Origin: an uncultured Eubacteriales bacterium
GTDB taxonomy: Bacteria; Bacillota; Clostridia; TANB77; CAG-508
Direction: 5' to 3'
Assembly: GCA_949288175.1 (NCBI GenBank)
Contig: CASEIV010000003.1
Location: forward strand, 24,043-88,042
Length of the DNA: 64,000 nucleotides
Positions 10,264 through 23,079 of this stretch are shown here, one piece after another. The notes beneath the pieces were generated by a model that searched no databases, was not told where the DNA came from, and saw nothing but the letters and a program-made list of their open reading frames with translations. Position numbers and translations under genes: made by a program. The stretch's first letter is position 1; every line of letters starts with the position of its first letter.

Positions 10264-11406
10264 TTAATCTCCCAAGCAAATTCCGATATCTCTAGCTGTT
10301 TTTACTAAATCATCATCCATTGTTACATATCTTACATTACTTTCAGCTGTACCGCCTTGAACTGCTCCAATTTCTTTATTTTCTCCTACGACTACTTCTA
10401 ATGGTACACAGTCTAATTCTCCATTTTTGATAACAGTTAAAACACCAAATTTTCCTTCCATAGCAAGTTCTACTGCTTTTGCACCATATTTCGTAGATAA
10501 TACTCTATCATATGCTGTTGGTGTTCCTCCTCTTTGCATATATCCTAAAATTGTACATCTTGATTCTAATCCTGTCAATTCTTGAAGTTCTTTGGCAACT
10601 CTATTTCCTTCACCACCAAATTTAACACTGATTCCTGCTTTATTATCAATACCTTCTGCTGAATGTGTTGTTTGTCCAGCATCTTTTGGATGTGCCCCTT
10701 CTGAAACAACTACAACACTAAATCTTTTTCCATTTTCTTTTCTTTTATTAATTGCTTCTGCTGCTTTATGAATATCATATGGTATTTCTGGTATTAAAGC
10801 AACATCTGCTCCTCCTGAAATAGCTGATTCTAAGGCAATCCAACCTGCAAATCTTCCCATAACTTCTAATACCATGATTCTATCATGTGTCTCTGCTGTT
10901 GTGTGTAATCTATCTAACGCTTCAGTTGCTACATGAACAGCAGTATTATATCCAAATGTAACATCTGTACATGCAACATCATTATCAATTGTTTTTGGCA
11001 CTCCAATTGTATTAATTCCTTTTAAAAATAAGTCTCTTGCTGATTTTTGTGTACTATCTCCACCTAATGTAAACACACAATCAAATCCCGCTTCTTTTAC
11101 ATTTTTTACACATTGATCTGATAAATCTTCATATGTCACTGTTCCATCTTCATGTTCTACTTTATAATGGAAAACAATTGCATTTGTCGAAGAACCAATA
11201 ATTGATCCACCTTTTGGCAATATTCCTGAAGCAATTTCATTTCCATCTAATCTAATATAATTGTTTTTTACAAGTCCTCTGTATCCATCGATATAACCGT
11301 AACATTCTATTCCATTTGTTTCACATGTTTTTTTGATTGCTCTAATTACTGCATTAAATCCTGATACATCTCCACCATTTGCTAGTATTGCTACTTTCTT
11401 TAACAT
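10264..11406 (-). CDS. pfk: 6-phosphofructokinase (long form, possibly PPi-dependent)
   Basis: GGDGS-like LGGDST, MGR motif (VMGRFAGW), N-terminal ILANGGDVSGFNAVI. Confidence 0.85.
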   Translation of the reverse strand: MLKKVAILANGGDVSGFNAVIRAIKKTCETNGIECYGYIDGYRGLVKNNYIRLDGNEIASGILPKGGSIIGSSTNAIVFHYKVEHEDGTVTYEDLSDQCVKNVKEAGFDCVFTLGGDSTQKSARDLFLKGINTIGVPKTIDNDVACTDVTFGYNTAVHVATEALDRLHTTAETHDRIMVLEVMGRFAGWIALESAISGGADVALIPEIPYDIHKAAEAINKRKENGKRFSVVVVSEGAHPKDAGQTTHSAEGIDNKAGISVKFGGEGNRVAKELQELTGLESRCTILGYMQRGGTPTAYDRVLSTKYGAKAVELAMEGKFGVLTVIKNGELDCVPLEVVVGENKEIGAVQGGTAESNVRYVTMDDDLVKTARDIGICLGD

Positions 11407-11548
11407 AAAAATCCTCCCTTTCTCTTGTTTATGTCCATATATTATTATATCAATATTATGGAAAATTACAAGTTTTTGGAAAGATTTTTTTTATTTATTA
11501 ACATTTAAATTTACTTTTTACAAAATTTTAAATAACATTCTTTTATAT

Positions 11549-11971
11549 TTAAACAATCGCAAACGTCAATTCTCCTTTTACTGCTACTTTTCCATCAACT
11601 GTTGCTAATGCTTCTCCTATTCCAATAGGACCTTTTCTTTTAATAATTTTTACTTCTAATTTTAATCTATCACCAGGAACCACTTGTCTTTTAAATCTTA
11701 ATTTATCAATTCCTCCAAAAAGTGCATTCCTTCCTTTATTTTCTTCCATAGAAAGAATAGCCACTGCACCAGTTTGTGCCAAAGATTCTACAATTAAAAC
11801 ACCTGGCATAATTGGGTTTCCAGGAAAATGTCCCTTGAAATAATATTCATCTTCACTCACATTTTTATATGCTACTGCACTTTCTCCTGGTATATATTCT
11901 TCTACTTCATCAATCATTAAAAATGGGTCTCTTTGAGGAATAATTTCTTTAATTTGTTCTTTATTTAACAT
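11549..11971 (-). CDS. fabZ: 3-hydroxyacyl-ACP dehydratase
   Basis: Hot-dog fold motif [16 protein letters not shown]. Confidence 0.9.
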   Translation of the reverse strand: MLNKEQIKEIIPQRDPFLMIDEVEEYIPGESAVAYKNVSEDEYYFKGHFPGNPIMPGVLIVESLAQTGAVAILSMEENKGRNALFGGIDKLRFKRQVVPGDRLKLEVKIIKRKGPIGIGEALATVDGKVAVKGELTFAIV

Positions 11972-12008
11972 TTATCTTAACCTCCATTCTATTATTTTAA
12001 TAAAAACT

Positions 12009-12208
12009 AAAATTGTTGTTATCATATATGAAATAAATTTTGAATGTGATTGGAGATATGTTAGAATTTGTTAATCATATATTGAGGAATGTTCACGGTA
12101 CTCACGGAAGTGAGGGTCTGAGTGAAAGAGGCTCAATATATGATGTTACAAATTCTTAAATATCGTATTGAACCGAAAAATTTATTTCATATATGATAAC
12201 AACAATTT
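12009..12208 (-). repeat. fab-operon structured intergenic repeat, copy 1 (fabZ|accB)
   Basis: Conserved core tgaatgtgattggagatat...gagggtctgagtgaaagaggctc...cgtattgaaccgaaa, flanked by a perfect 31-bp inverted repeat aaattgttgttatcatatatgaaataaattt. Confidence 0.7.
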
Positions 12209-12221
12209 TAGTGAATCATTA

Positions 12222-12689
12222 TTATTTAATTTTAAATAAAGGTGTACCATATTCTACAACATCTTCATTTTTTACACAAATCTCTACAACTTCACCATCA
12301 AATTCTGATTCGATTTCATTCATTAATTTCATAGCTTCTACAATACATACCACTTGTCCTTTTGAAATTTTATCTCCTACTTTTACATATGGATCTTTAT
12401 CTGGTGATGAACTTGCGTAAAAAGTACCTACCATTGGTGATTTGATAACTTTGTAATTTTCTTCTTCTTTCTTTTCTGTTACTGTAACCATTCCTTTTTC
12501 TTCTTGTGGTCTTATAGCAGGAACAGACATTGGTGCACTTGCTTCTATCACATGTGGTTCTACAATCACTTCTCTTTTCTCACTTTTTTTCATACTAATT
12601 TTCACACCATCTGGAAATTCAATTTCTAATTCTTCCAATTTAGAATTTCCCATATCGTCCATCAATTTTTTAATTTCTTTATACTCCAT
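12222..12689 (-). CDS. accB: biotin carboxyl carrier protein of acetyl-CoA carboxylase
   Basis: Biotinyl-lysine motif EAMKLMNEIE. Confidence 0.85.
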   Translation of the reverse strand: MEYKEIKKLMDDMGNSKLEELEIEFPDGVKISMKKSEKREVIVEPHVIEASAPMSVPAIRPQEEKGMVTVTEKKEEENYKVIKSPMVGTFYASSSPDKDPYVKVGDKISKGQVVCIVEAMKLMNEIESEFDGEVVEICVKNEDVVEYGTPLFKIK

Positions 12690-12734
12690 CTTACTACCTC
12701 CATTTTTGTTTTTATTTTATACTATTTTTTAAAT

Positions 12735-13976
12735 CTATCCTTCATATTTCTTTAATAAAATGCTACTATTGTGTCCACCAAATCCTAATGAATTAGAAAT
12801 GGCATATTTTACTTCCACATTTCTTCCTTCATTTGGAACAACATCTAAATCACATTCTTCATCTGGAACTTTGTAATTAATTGTTGCTGGAACAAAGCCT
12901 TCTTCAATTGCTTTTGCACATACAATTGCTTCTACACCACCTGCTGCTCCTAATAAATGTCCTGTATGACCTTTTGTTGAACTTACCATTACTTTTTTAG
13001 CAGATTCTTCTCCTAAAGCTGTTTTAATGGCTTGAGTCTCATATGCATCATTTAAATGTGTTGATGTACCATGTGCATTGATATATGTAATTTCTTCTGG
13101 ATCTACTTTTGCTTCTTCCATAGCAATTTTCATAGCTCTTGCACCGCCTTCTCCTCCTGGAGCAGGTGATGTGATATGATATGCATCAGATGTTGCACCA
13201 TATCCAACCATTTCTGCATAAATTTTAGCTCCTCTTTTTTTCGCATGTTCTAGTTCTTCTAAAACAATAACTCCAGCACCTTCTCCCATAACAAATCCAC
13301 TTCTTTCTTTGTCAAATGGAATACTAGCTCTTGTTTTATCTTCAGATTTTGTCAAAGCTTTTATATTTGCAAATCCTGCTATTCCAAGTGGTGTGATTCC
13401 TGCTTCTGTTCCTCCTGCTAATACAACATCTTGATATCCATGTTTTATCATTCTGAAACTTTCTCCAATACTATGTGTACCTGTAGCACATGCTGTAACC
13501 ATAGCTATAGATTCTCCTTTTGCTCCAATATCAATTGCTACATTTCCTGTTGCCATATTCAAAATTCCCATAGGAATATACATTGGTGAAACTCTATCTG
13601 GACCTTTTGTCATACATTTTTCATGTTCTGTTTCAATTGTTTCTATTCCTCCAATTCCTGATCCAATAATAATTCCTACTCTTTCCATATTTTCATTTTC
13701 TTTGTCTAAGCCACTATCTTTCCATGCTTCTCTTGCGGCTATCATTGCATATTGAGAAAATTTGTCTAATCTTTTTGCTTCTCTTTTATCAAAATAATCT
13801 TCTGGATTATATCCTTTTAATTCAGCTGCTAATTTTACCTTAAAATTTGAAATATCAAAACTTTTTATTTCTTCAATTCCACACTTACCTTCCTTAATAC
13901 TATTCCAAAATTCTTCTGTATTATTTCCTATTGGAGTCAAAGCTCCTAATCCTGTAATAACAACTCTTCTTTCCAT
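12735..13976 (-). CDS. fabF: 3-oxoacyl-ACP synthase II
   Basis: KAS II active site and C-terminal GHxxGAAG/NSFGFGG motifs. Confidence 0.9.
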   Translation of the reverse strand: MERRVVITGLGALTPIGNNTEEFWNSIKEGKCGIEEIKSFDISNFKVKLAAELKGYNPEDYFDKREAKRLDKFSQYAMIAAREAWKDSGLDKENENMERVGIIIGSGIGGIETIETEHEKCMTKGPDRVSPMYIPMGILNMATGNVAIDIGAKGESIAMVTACATGTHSIGESFRMIKHGYQDVVLAGGTEAGITPLGIAGFANIKALTKSEDKTRASIPFDKERSGFVMGEGAGVIVLEELEHAKKRGAKIYAEMVGYGATSDAYHITSPAPGGEGGARAMKIAMEEAKVDPEEITYINAHGTSTHLNDAYETQAIKTALGEESAKKVMVSSTKGHTGHLLGAAGGVEAIVCAKAIEEGFVPATINYKVPDEECDLDVVPNEGRNVEVKYAISNSLGFGGHNSSILLKKYEG

Positions 13977-14029
13977 CTTTCTCTTCCTTTCATTTTCTAA
14001 TACTACATTCTTATTTCAAATACAATATA

Positions 14030-14199
14030 TTTTTTATAAAGTACATTGAATGTGATTGGAGATATTTTAGAATTTGTTAACAATTTATTGAGGGATGTTC
14101 ACGGCACTCACATCGTGAGGGTCTGAGTGAAAGAGGCTCAATAAATTGTGCTACAAATTTTTAGATATCGTATTGAACCGAAATATACTTTATAAAAAA
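14030..14199 (-). repeat. fab-operon structured intergenic repeat, copy 2 (fabF|fabG)
   Basis: Same core as copy 1. Flanking inverted repeat is ttttttataaagtac / (g)tactttataaaaaa, a different sequence from copy 1 that still base-pairs. Confidence 0.7.
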
Positions 14200-14224
14200 T
14201 ATATTGTACTTGAAATGTAACCTT

Positions 14225-15007
14225 TTACATGACCATTCCGCCATCTACATTAATTACTTGACCAGTGATATAAGCACTTTCATCTGATCCTAAGAAATAA
14301 ATTAAATTTGCTACTTCATTTGCTGTTCCCATTCTCTTTAATGGAATTTGATTATGTATATTTTCCTTTACTTCATCTGATAAAACTGCAGTCATATCTG
14401 TTTCTATAAAACCAGGTGCTACTGCATTTGCTCTAATATTTCTTGAAGCCAATTCTTTTGCTACACTTTTTGTAAATCCGATAATTCCTGCTTTTGATGC
14501 TGCATAATTACATTGTCCTGCATTTCCTGCAACACCTACAACAGATGATAAATTGATAATACTTCCTTTTCTTTTTTTCATCATATATTTTGTAACTGCT
14601 TTTGTGACAATATATGTTCCTTTTAAATTTACTTCTATTACTTTGTCAAATTCTTCTTCACTCATTCTCATTAATAAATTATCTTTTGTGATACCTGCAT
14701 TATTAACTAATACATCTATACTTCCAAATTCTTCAATTGCTTTTTTTACCAATTCTTCAATTGCTTCTTTGTCTGTTACATCTGCTTGCATGATAAGTGT
14801 TTTTACACCTTTACTTTCAAATTCAGCTTTTAATTCTTCTACATTTGTTTTGCTTGAAACATAGTTTATGACAACATTATATCCATTGTCTGCAAATTTT
14901 AAGGCTACTTCTTTTCCAATTCCTCTTGAAGCTCCTGTTACAAATACTGTCTTATTTTCTTCCATCTTTCTTTTCTTCCTTTCTTTATTTAATGTCAGGG
15001 GACACAC
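14225..15007 (-). CDS. fabG: 3-oxoacyl-ACP reductase; true start probably the internal MEENKTVFVTGAS (~14965)
   Basis: SDR motifs TGASRGIG, NNAG, YxxxK. Confidence 0.9.
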   Translation of the reverse strand: MCPLTLNKERKKRKMEENKTVFVTGASRGIGKEVALKFADNGYNVVINYVSSKTNVEELKAEFESKGVKTLIMQADVTDKEAIEELVKKAIEEFGSIDVLVNNAGITKDNLLMRMSEEEFDKVIEVNLKGTYIVTKAVTKYMMKKRKGSIINLSSVVGVAGNAGQCNYAASKAGIIGFTKSVAKELASRNIRANAVAPGFIETDMTAVLSDEVKENIHNQIPLKRMGTANEVANLIYFLGSDESAYITGQVINVDGGMVM

Positions 15008-15102
15008 CTTACCTTTAGGTCACATCTACTTGAGTTAAGGAATGTCCCCTCCCCTTGTGACTTACTTATGACCTTTGCTTGAGTTCTTCCTCTTTTTTTA
15101 CT

Positions 15103-16074
15103 TTATTCTTGCATTAAGTATTTTTCTAGGCTTTCCATATTATTTATGTTAAATGTTTTTGCTTCTTTATTATCTTTCTTTACAAATCCTGTCAAAGTTC
15201 TTCCTGGTCCAATTTCTATATATTCTTCTACATCTTCTTGTTCCATTAACTTGATTGCCTTATCAAATCTTACTGGACTAATGATATGATTTGCTAGAAT
15301 TTCTTTTATGTTATCATTTTCTGTATAATATGTACCATCGATATTTTTTATAACTTTAGTCTTTGTATCAAGGTGAAAATCAATATTCATCAATTCTTTT
15401 TCATATGCTTCTTTTGCTTTTTCCAATTTTATTGTATGGAATGGTCCACTGGTATTTAACTTTAATGCTCTTTTGGCACCTTGTGCTTTTAATGTTTCCA
15501 TTGCTTCATCAATAGCATCTTCTTGTCCTGATATAACAGTTTGTACACTGCAATTATAATTAGCAACGACAATAAATTTATTTTCTTTAGAAATTTCTTT
15601 GCAAACTTCTTCTATTTTTCCTGAATCTAGTCCAATAATTGCTGCCATAGAAAATTTTTCATCAGGTAAAAGATTTCCCATGTAATAGCCTCTTTTTTGA
15701 ATTAATTTGATTCCATCTTCAAAGCTGATGATTCCAGCATAAATTAAAGCTCCATATTCTCCTAAACTTAATCCTGTTGCAATATCTGCTTCTATTCCTT
15801 TTGCTTTTAAAACTTCTAATATTGCTAAACTAGTTGTTAAAATAGCAATTTGTGTGTTTTCTGTTTTGTTTAATTCTTCCTCTGGACCTTCGAAACAAAG
15901 TTTTTTTACATCAATTCCAGATATTCTTGAAGCCTCATCATAAATTTTTTTCGCTTCATCATATTTTTCATAAATATCTTTTCCCATTCCTACGACCTGT
16001 GCGCCTTGTCCTGGAAATAAAAATGCTCTTTTCATTCTTTCTTCATCCTTTCTTTTTATAAAATTTATTATCAT
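15103..16074 (-). CDS. fabD: malonyl-CoA:ACP transacylase
   Basis: FLFPGQGAQ and GLSLGEY active-site serine motif. Confidence 0.9.
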   Translation of the reverse strand: MIINFIKRKDEERMKRAFLFPGQGAQVVGMGKDIYEKYDEAKKIYDEASRISGIDVKKLCFEGPEEELNKTENTQIAILTTSLAILEVLKAKGIEADIATGLSLGEYGALIYAGIISFEDGIKLIQKRGYYMGNLLPDEKFSMAAIIGLDSGKIEEVCKEISKENKFIVVANYNCSVQTVISGQEDAIDEAMETLKAQGAKRALKLNTSGPFHTIKLEKAKEAYEKELMNIDFHLDTKTKVIKNIDGTYYTENDNIKEILANHIISPVRFDKAIKLMEQEDVEEYIEIGPGRTLTGFVKKDNKEAKTFNINNMESLEKYLMQE

Positions 16075-16082
16075 TTGTTTTT

Positions 16083-16282
16083 AATTACTTATATATTTAT
16101 ATGGAATAAATTTTGAATGTGATTGGAGATATTTTAGAATTTGTTAATAATTTATCGAGGAATGTTCACGATACTCACGAAGTGAGGGTCTGAGTGAAAG
16201 AGGCTCGGGTAAATTATGTTACAAATTCTTAAATATCGTATTGAACCGAAAAATTTATAAAATATAAATATATAAGTAATTA
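16083..16282 (-). repeat. fab-operon structured intergenic repeat, copy 3 (fabD|fabH)
   Basis: Same core. Flanking inverted repeat is aattacttatatatttatat / atataaatatataagtaatt, again a distinct sequence that still base-pairs. Confidence 0.7.
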
Positions 16283-16289
16283 TAGTCTT

Positions 16290-17225
16290 TTATATTTCCA
16301 TCAAAATACTACCTGTATTTAATCCTCCACCATATCCTAACAAAATAATTTTATCACCTTTCTTTAGAAAATTACTTTTTTGCATATCATATAAAGCAAT
16401 TGGTATGCTGGCACAAAAAGTATTTCCTCTTTCTTGTATATTTGTATACATCTTATCCATTCCTATATGTAATCTTGATGCAATTGCTTTCATAATTTTT
16501 AAATTTGACTGATGGGCTACGATATATTTTACACTATTTAATGATATATTAGCTTTTTCCAGTAATTCATTAATGTTTTCAACTGTTTTCGTAACTGCAT
16601 ATTTATATACTTCTTTTCCATTCATATATACATTTTTACCATATTGATATGTTAATATATTATTTTTGTCTTCTTCTGCTTTAACATTTGATATATACAT
16701 TTTTTGATAATCATATGTTTCTTCTTTTTCTATTAGTGTTGCTCCAGCACCGTCAGATAAAACAACTGCTGTACCTATATCTTGTTTGTCAATGATTTCA
16801 GATAGTTTATCAACCCCAATAATTAATGCTTTTTTTATATCTCGTGAATCCATATATACCTTTGCAATATCAAATGCATTAATATATCCTCCACATCCAG
16901 CTAATATATCGAAACAAATACAGGGAGGAATTTCTAATTTTTTCTGTATATAATTAGATATTCCTGGCATTAACATATCTGTACTTGTTGTCGTTGTTAT
17001 AATAAGGCCTATATCTTGTTTTTCATCTGCTAAGGTAATAACATTTTTTGCAGCTCCTAATGCCATTTCTTGTATTGTTTCTTTTATTGCATAATATCTA
17101 TTTTTTATTCCTGTCCTTTTTTCGATGTATCCACTTTCTAAGTTCAGTATTTCTTCTAACTCATCATTTTTTATCTGTCTTTGAGGAAAATATATTCCGT
17201 TAGCGATTATATGTATATTACTCAC
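16290..17225 (-). CDS. fabH: 3-oxoacyl-ACP synthase III
   Basis: KAS III architecture with active-site Cys (AGCGG). Confidence 0.85.
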   Translation of the reverse strand: MSNIHIIANGIYFPQRQIKNDELEEILNLESGYIEKRTGIKNRYYAIKETIQEMALGAAKNVITLADEKQDIGLIITTTTSTDMLMPGISNYIQKKLEIPPCICFDILAGCGGYINAFDIAKVYMDSRDIKKALIIGVDKLSEIIDKQDIGTAVVLSDGAGATLIEKEETYDYQKMYISNVKAEEDKNNILTYQYGKNVYMNGKEVYKYAVTKTVENINELLEKANISLNSVKYIVAHQSNLKIMKAIASRLHIGMDKMYTNIQERGNTFCASIPIALYDMQKSNFLKKGDKIILLGYGGGLNTGSILMEI

Positions 17226-17326
17226 TTAATACCTCTTTCTTGTTTTTTATATAAATTATGCCTTATATATTTATATACTATTTTCTTATTTTTTTCTATT
17301 AGTATGACTGGTCAAAATTACGCAAA

Positions 17327-17364
17327 TAGAGAATATTCACTTGAATTTAAGCAAATATTCTCTA
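17327..17364. promoter_or_regulatory. 11-bp perfect inverted repeat TAGAGAATATT-N16-AATATTCTCTA upstream of fabH; either the terminator of the upstream gene or an operator
   Basis: Seen directly. Lies about 100-140 nt upstream of the fabH start. Confidence 0.4.
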
Positions 17365-17429
17365 CTTTTTACATTTTTCCTAATCATTTAATTTTTCTTA
17401 ATCATTTATTATTGTTCATTTCCTTATTG

Positions 17430-20121
<2,692 letters not shown>

Positions 20122-20168
20122 TTATTTACTTTATTTTTTTTGTTTCAATTTTTTTAAGGGTTATTTTA

Positions 20169-20651
20169 TTATTTCTGTTTATCTTCTTGATATAGCATTT
20201 GAAGATTACACTTTTCAAATCCTAATCCTTCATAAAATTTTATTGAATTACTATTTTTGTTGTATGTATCTAGTTGAATATTGGTTATTCCCGCCTCTTT
20301 TAAAGCTTCTATCGCTGTTTTCATTAATGCTTTTCCAATTCCTTGATTTCTATATTCTTCCAAAACAAATATATTATTGATGGAACCTAATTGCACAGTA
20401 TACCATGCTTTTTTCTTAAATATTTCTGCTGTTATAAATCCAACAATTTTCTCATTTTCTTCTGCTACATAGATATATTGCTCATTTAAAAAATACTCCA
20501 AATCCTTTTTTCCTACTTCTGTATATCCCCATTCAGTTTCAACAATATCTAATCCTAAAGATTTATCATGTTTTGCAAGCAAATATCTTAAATCTTGTAT
20601 ATCTTTTATATCTTGTTTTTTAGCTTTTCTTATTTTCATATTATCACCCAC
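20169..20651 (-). CDS. GNAT family N-acetyltransferase
   Basis: Acetyl-CoA binding motif RNQGIGKALM. Confidence 0.7.
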   Translation of the reverse strand: MGDNMKIRKAKKQDIKDIQDLRYLLAKHDKSLGLDIVETEWGYTEVGKKDLEYFLNEQYIYVAEENEKIVGFITAEIFKKKAWYTVQLGSINNIFVLEEYRNQGIGKALMKTAIEALKEAGITNIQLDTYNKNSNSIKFYEGLGFEKCNLQMLYQEDKQK

Positions 20652-20661
20652 TCAATTTTTA

Positions 20662-21684
20662 TTATTGAATAAACATAGCATCTCCGAAACTAAATAATCG
20701 ATATTTTTCTTTTACTGCTTCCTGATATGCTTTCAGAATATAATCTTTTCCCGCTAAGGCTGATACCAACATTAATAAAGTAGATTTTGGCAAATGGAAA
20801 TTGGTAATTAATCCATCTAAACATTTAAATTGATAACCTGGATAGATAAAGATACTGGTGTCTGCTTCTGTTTCTTTTACAAATCCATTTTCATCTGCAA
20901 TGGTCTCTAATACTCTACAAGAAGTTGTTCCAACAGCAATCACTCTTTTTCCTTGTTTCTTTGTTTCATTGATTTTATCAACATCTTCTTGTTTAATATA
21001 AAAATGTTCTGTATGCATTTCATGATTTTCTACATTTTCTTCTTTTACAGGTCTAAAAGTTCCAATACCAACATGTAATGTCACATTCGCAATTTTCACA
21101 CCTTTTTCTTCTATTTTCTTTAATAATTCTGGTGTAAAATGCAAACCTGCTGTTGGTGCTGCTGCTGAACCATTATATTTTGCATAAACCGTTTGATATC
21201 TATCATTATCTTTTAATTCCTCATGAATATATGGTGGTAATGGCATTAATCCTATCTTATCTAATATTTCATTAAATATTCCTTTATATGAAAATTGAAC
21301 TTTTCTTGTTCCTCCTGGCATAACCTCTAAAATTTCAGCTGTTAATAATCCTTCACCAAAAATAACTTTTGTACCCACATGAAGCTTATTACCTGGTCTT
21401 ACAATCGTTTCCCAAATATCGCCCTCCATATTTTTTAATAATAAAAACTCTACTTTTGCTCCTGTTTCTTTTTTTCCATAAATTCTAGCAGGAATTACCT
21501 TTGTATTATTTCTTACTAAACAATCCCCTGGTTCTAAATAGTCAATAATATTTTTAAATGTTTTATGTTCAATAGTTTGTTTACTTCTATCTAAAACCAT
21601 TAATCTAGATTCATCTCTTCTTTCTATTGGTGTTTGTGCAATTAATTCTTCTGGTAAATCATAATTAAATTCTGATACTTTCAC
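20662..21684 (-). CDS. queA: S-adenosylmethionine:tRNA ribosyltransferase-isomerase
   Basis: Full-length QueA similarity ([21 protein letters not shown]...). Confidence 0.9.
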   Translation of the reverse strand: MKVSEFNYDLPEELIAQTPIERRDESRLMVLDRSKQTIEHKTFKNIIDYLEPGDCLVRNNTKVIPARIYGKKETGAKVEFLLLKNMEGDIWETIVRPGNKLHVGTKVIFGEGLLTAEILEVMPGGTRKVQFSYKGIFNEILDKIGLMPLPPYIHEELKDNDRYQTVYAKYNGSAAAPTAGLHFTPELLKKIEEKGVKIANVTLHVGIGTFRPVKEENVENHEMHTEHFYIKQEDVDKINETKKQGKRVIAVGTTSCRVLETIADENGFVKETEADTSIFIYPGYQFKCLDGLITNFHLPKSTLLMLVSALAGKDYILKAYQEAVKEKYRLFSFGDAMFIQ

Positions 21685-21702
21685 TTTTTCATGCTCCTTT
21701 TA

Positions 21703-23055
21703 TTATACTTTTCCTAGCATAAGTTTTATATTCCTAAATAAATTTTCAAATATACCTCTAATTTCTTCAATGATATTTTGTGGCTCTGTATAAACCTCTA
21801 ACTCATAAGGATACGCAAAATTTGATCTTTTAGCAGGCTTTAATGTATAGATTTCATTTGGTAATCCAATATATCCATTTGATATATGTATTTCTTGATT
21901 CATATAATCTTTGTACCATTGTTTTTGTCCTACTAGATACTCATTTTCATACCCATAATTTTTATAATCATGTAATGCTGGTATATCATATCCATACTCT
22001 TTTGCAGTTCTTTCTAGTGAATGCAAAAATTCATGTAAAAATACTTCTTCTGGAAATTGATTTACTCTTGAATCATATTTATAAATATAACTTTTTGAAC
22101 TATTTGGTAGTCGAATATTTGAAAATCCGATTCCATAATAATCCATGCCACCTAAACCAATCCAGTCTTTAATTTCAATATCATCTTCATATTCTTCATT
22201 TCCCAATCTGACGACAACAAAAATATGATCATAATTATTTTGTTCTATAACATCTTTAATTTGTTTTTCTATATCTTCTGGTGCAACATAATAACCAAAT
22301 TCATCATCATATGATAAAGAAGTAATTGGTTCTTGTACTTCATATATATCGCAATCTGCTGTCATTTTTTCTTTTGATAAATGATTACAAGAGTTTTCAA
22401 ATCGTTCTATCGTATTTTTGATATCTATTATATCTGTATTCGTTACTTGTATATCAATTTCTTTGTTATCAACCATAACATTTGTATTTTCAAATATAAA
22501 GCAAGCAAAATTCCAGTTACTATCTTCTTCAGTTTGTCCTTCTTCAATTTTAAAATCAGAAAACCAAGCTTCACCTTTGGCATATCCTTCTGTTCCTCCT
22601 AGTCGAAAAGCAATATTAACTGTATCTCTGTTTTTTGAATTAAATATAAATTCTACCTCTTGCCAATCGGTATCTCCGTTAATTGCCACAGATCTTTCTA
22701 CTGTATTAGAAATAGAAATTTGTGCTCCTATGCTAGAAGCGCTCTTATCTGCTTCTACATTCTTGGTTTTAATCATACAAGTAACTTTATATGGTGTATT
22801 TTTTTCTACTTGTACTTCTTTTGAAAACATTGCATCATTAAATTCATTTGATGTTATTTTATAACTTCTAGTATCTGAATATTTTATTTTTTTATCTCTT
22901 TTAAATTCTGATATCCCTAAATTTGCTTCACTTCGTATAAAATCATTGAAATTATGGCTTTGATAAAATTGATATGCTCCATACACAGCAATCATTAAAA
23001 TTATAAAAGTAAATATATTCATAATGAATGCTTTTGTACTTTTATTTTTTTTCAT
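21703..23055 (-). CDS. membrane-anchored putative zinc metallopeptidase (HExxH)
   Basis: N-terminal TM helix. HEFLH motif at FLHEFLHSLE. Extracellular beta-rich region. Confidence 0.4.
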   Translation of the reverse strand: MKKNKSTKAFIMNIFTFIILMIAVYGAYQFYQSHNFNDFIRSEANLGISEFKRDKKIKYSDTRSYKITSNEFNDAMFSKEVQVEKNTPYKVTCMIKTKNVEADKSASSIGAQISISNTVERSVAINGDTDWQEVEFIFNSKNRDTVNIAFRLGGTEGYAKGEAWFSDFKIEEGQTEEDSNWNFACFIFENTNVMVDNKEIDIQVTNTDIIDIKNTIERFENSCNHLSKEKMTADCDIYEVQEPITSLSYDDEFGYYVAPEDIEKQIKDVIEQNNYDHIFVVVRLGNEEYEDDIEIKDWIGLGGMDYYGIGFSNIRLPNSSKSYIYKYDSRVNQFPEEVFLHEFLHSLERTAKEYGYDIPALHDYKNYGYENEYLVGQKQWYKDYMNQEIHISNGYIGLPNEIYTLKPAKRSNFAYPYELEVYTEPQNIIEEIRGIFENLFRNIKLMLGKV

Positions 23056-23079
23056 AATTTATTTTCCTTTTTTGTTATT

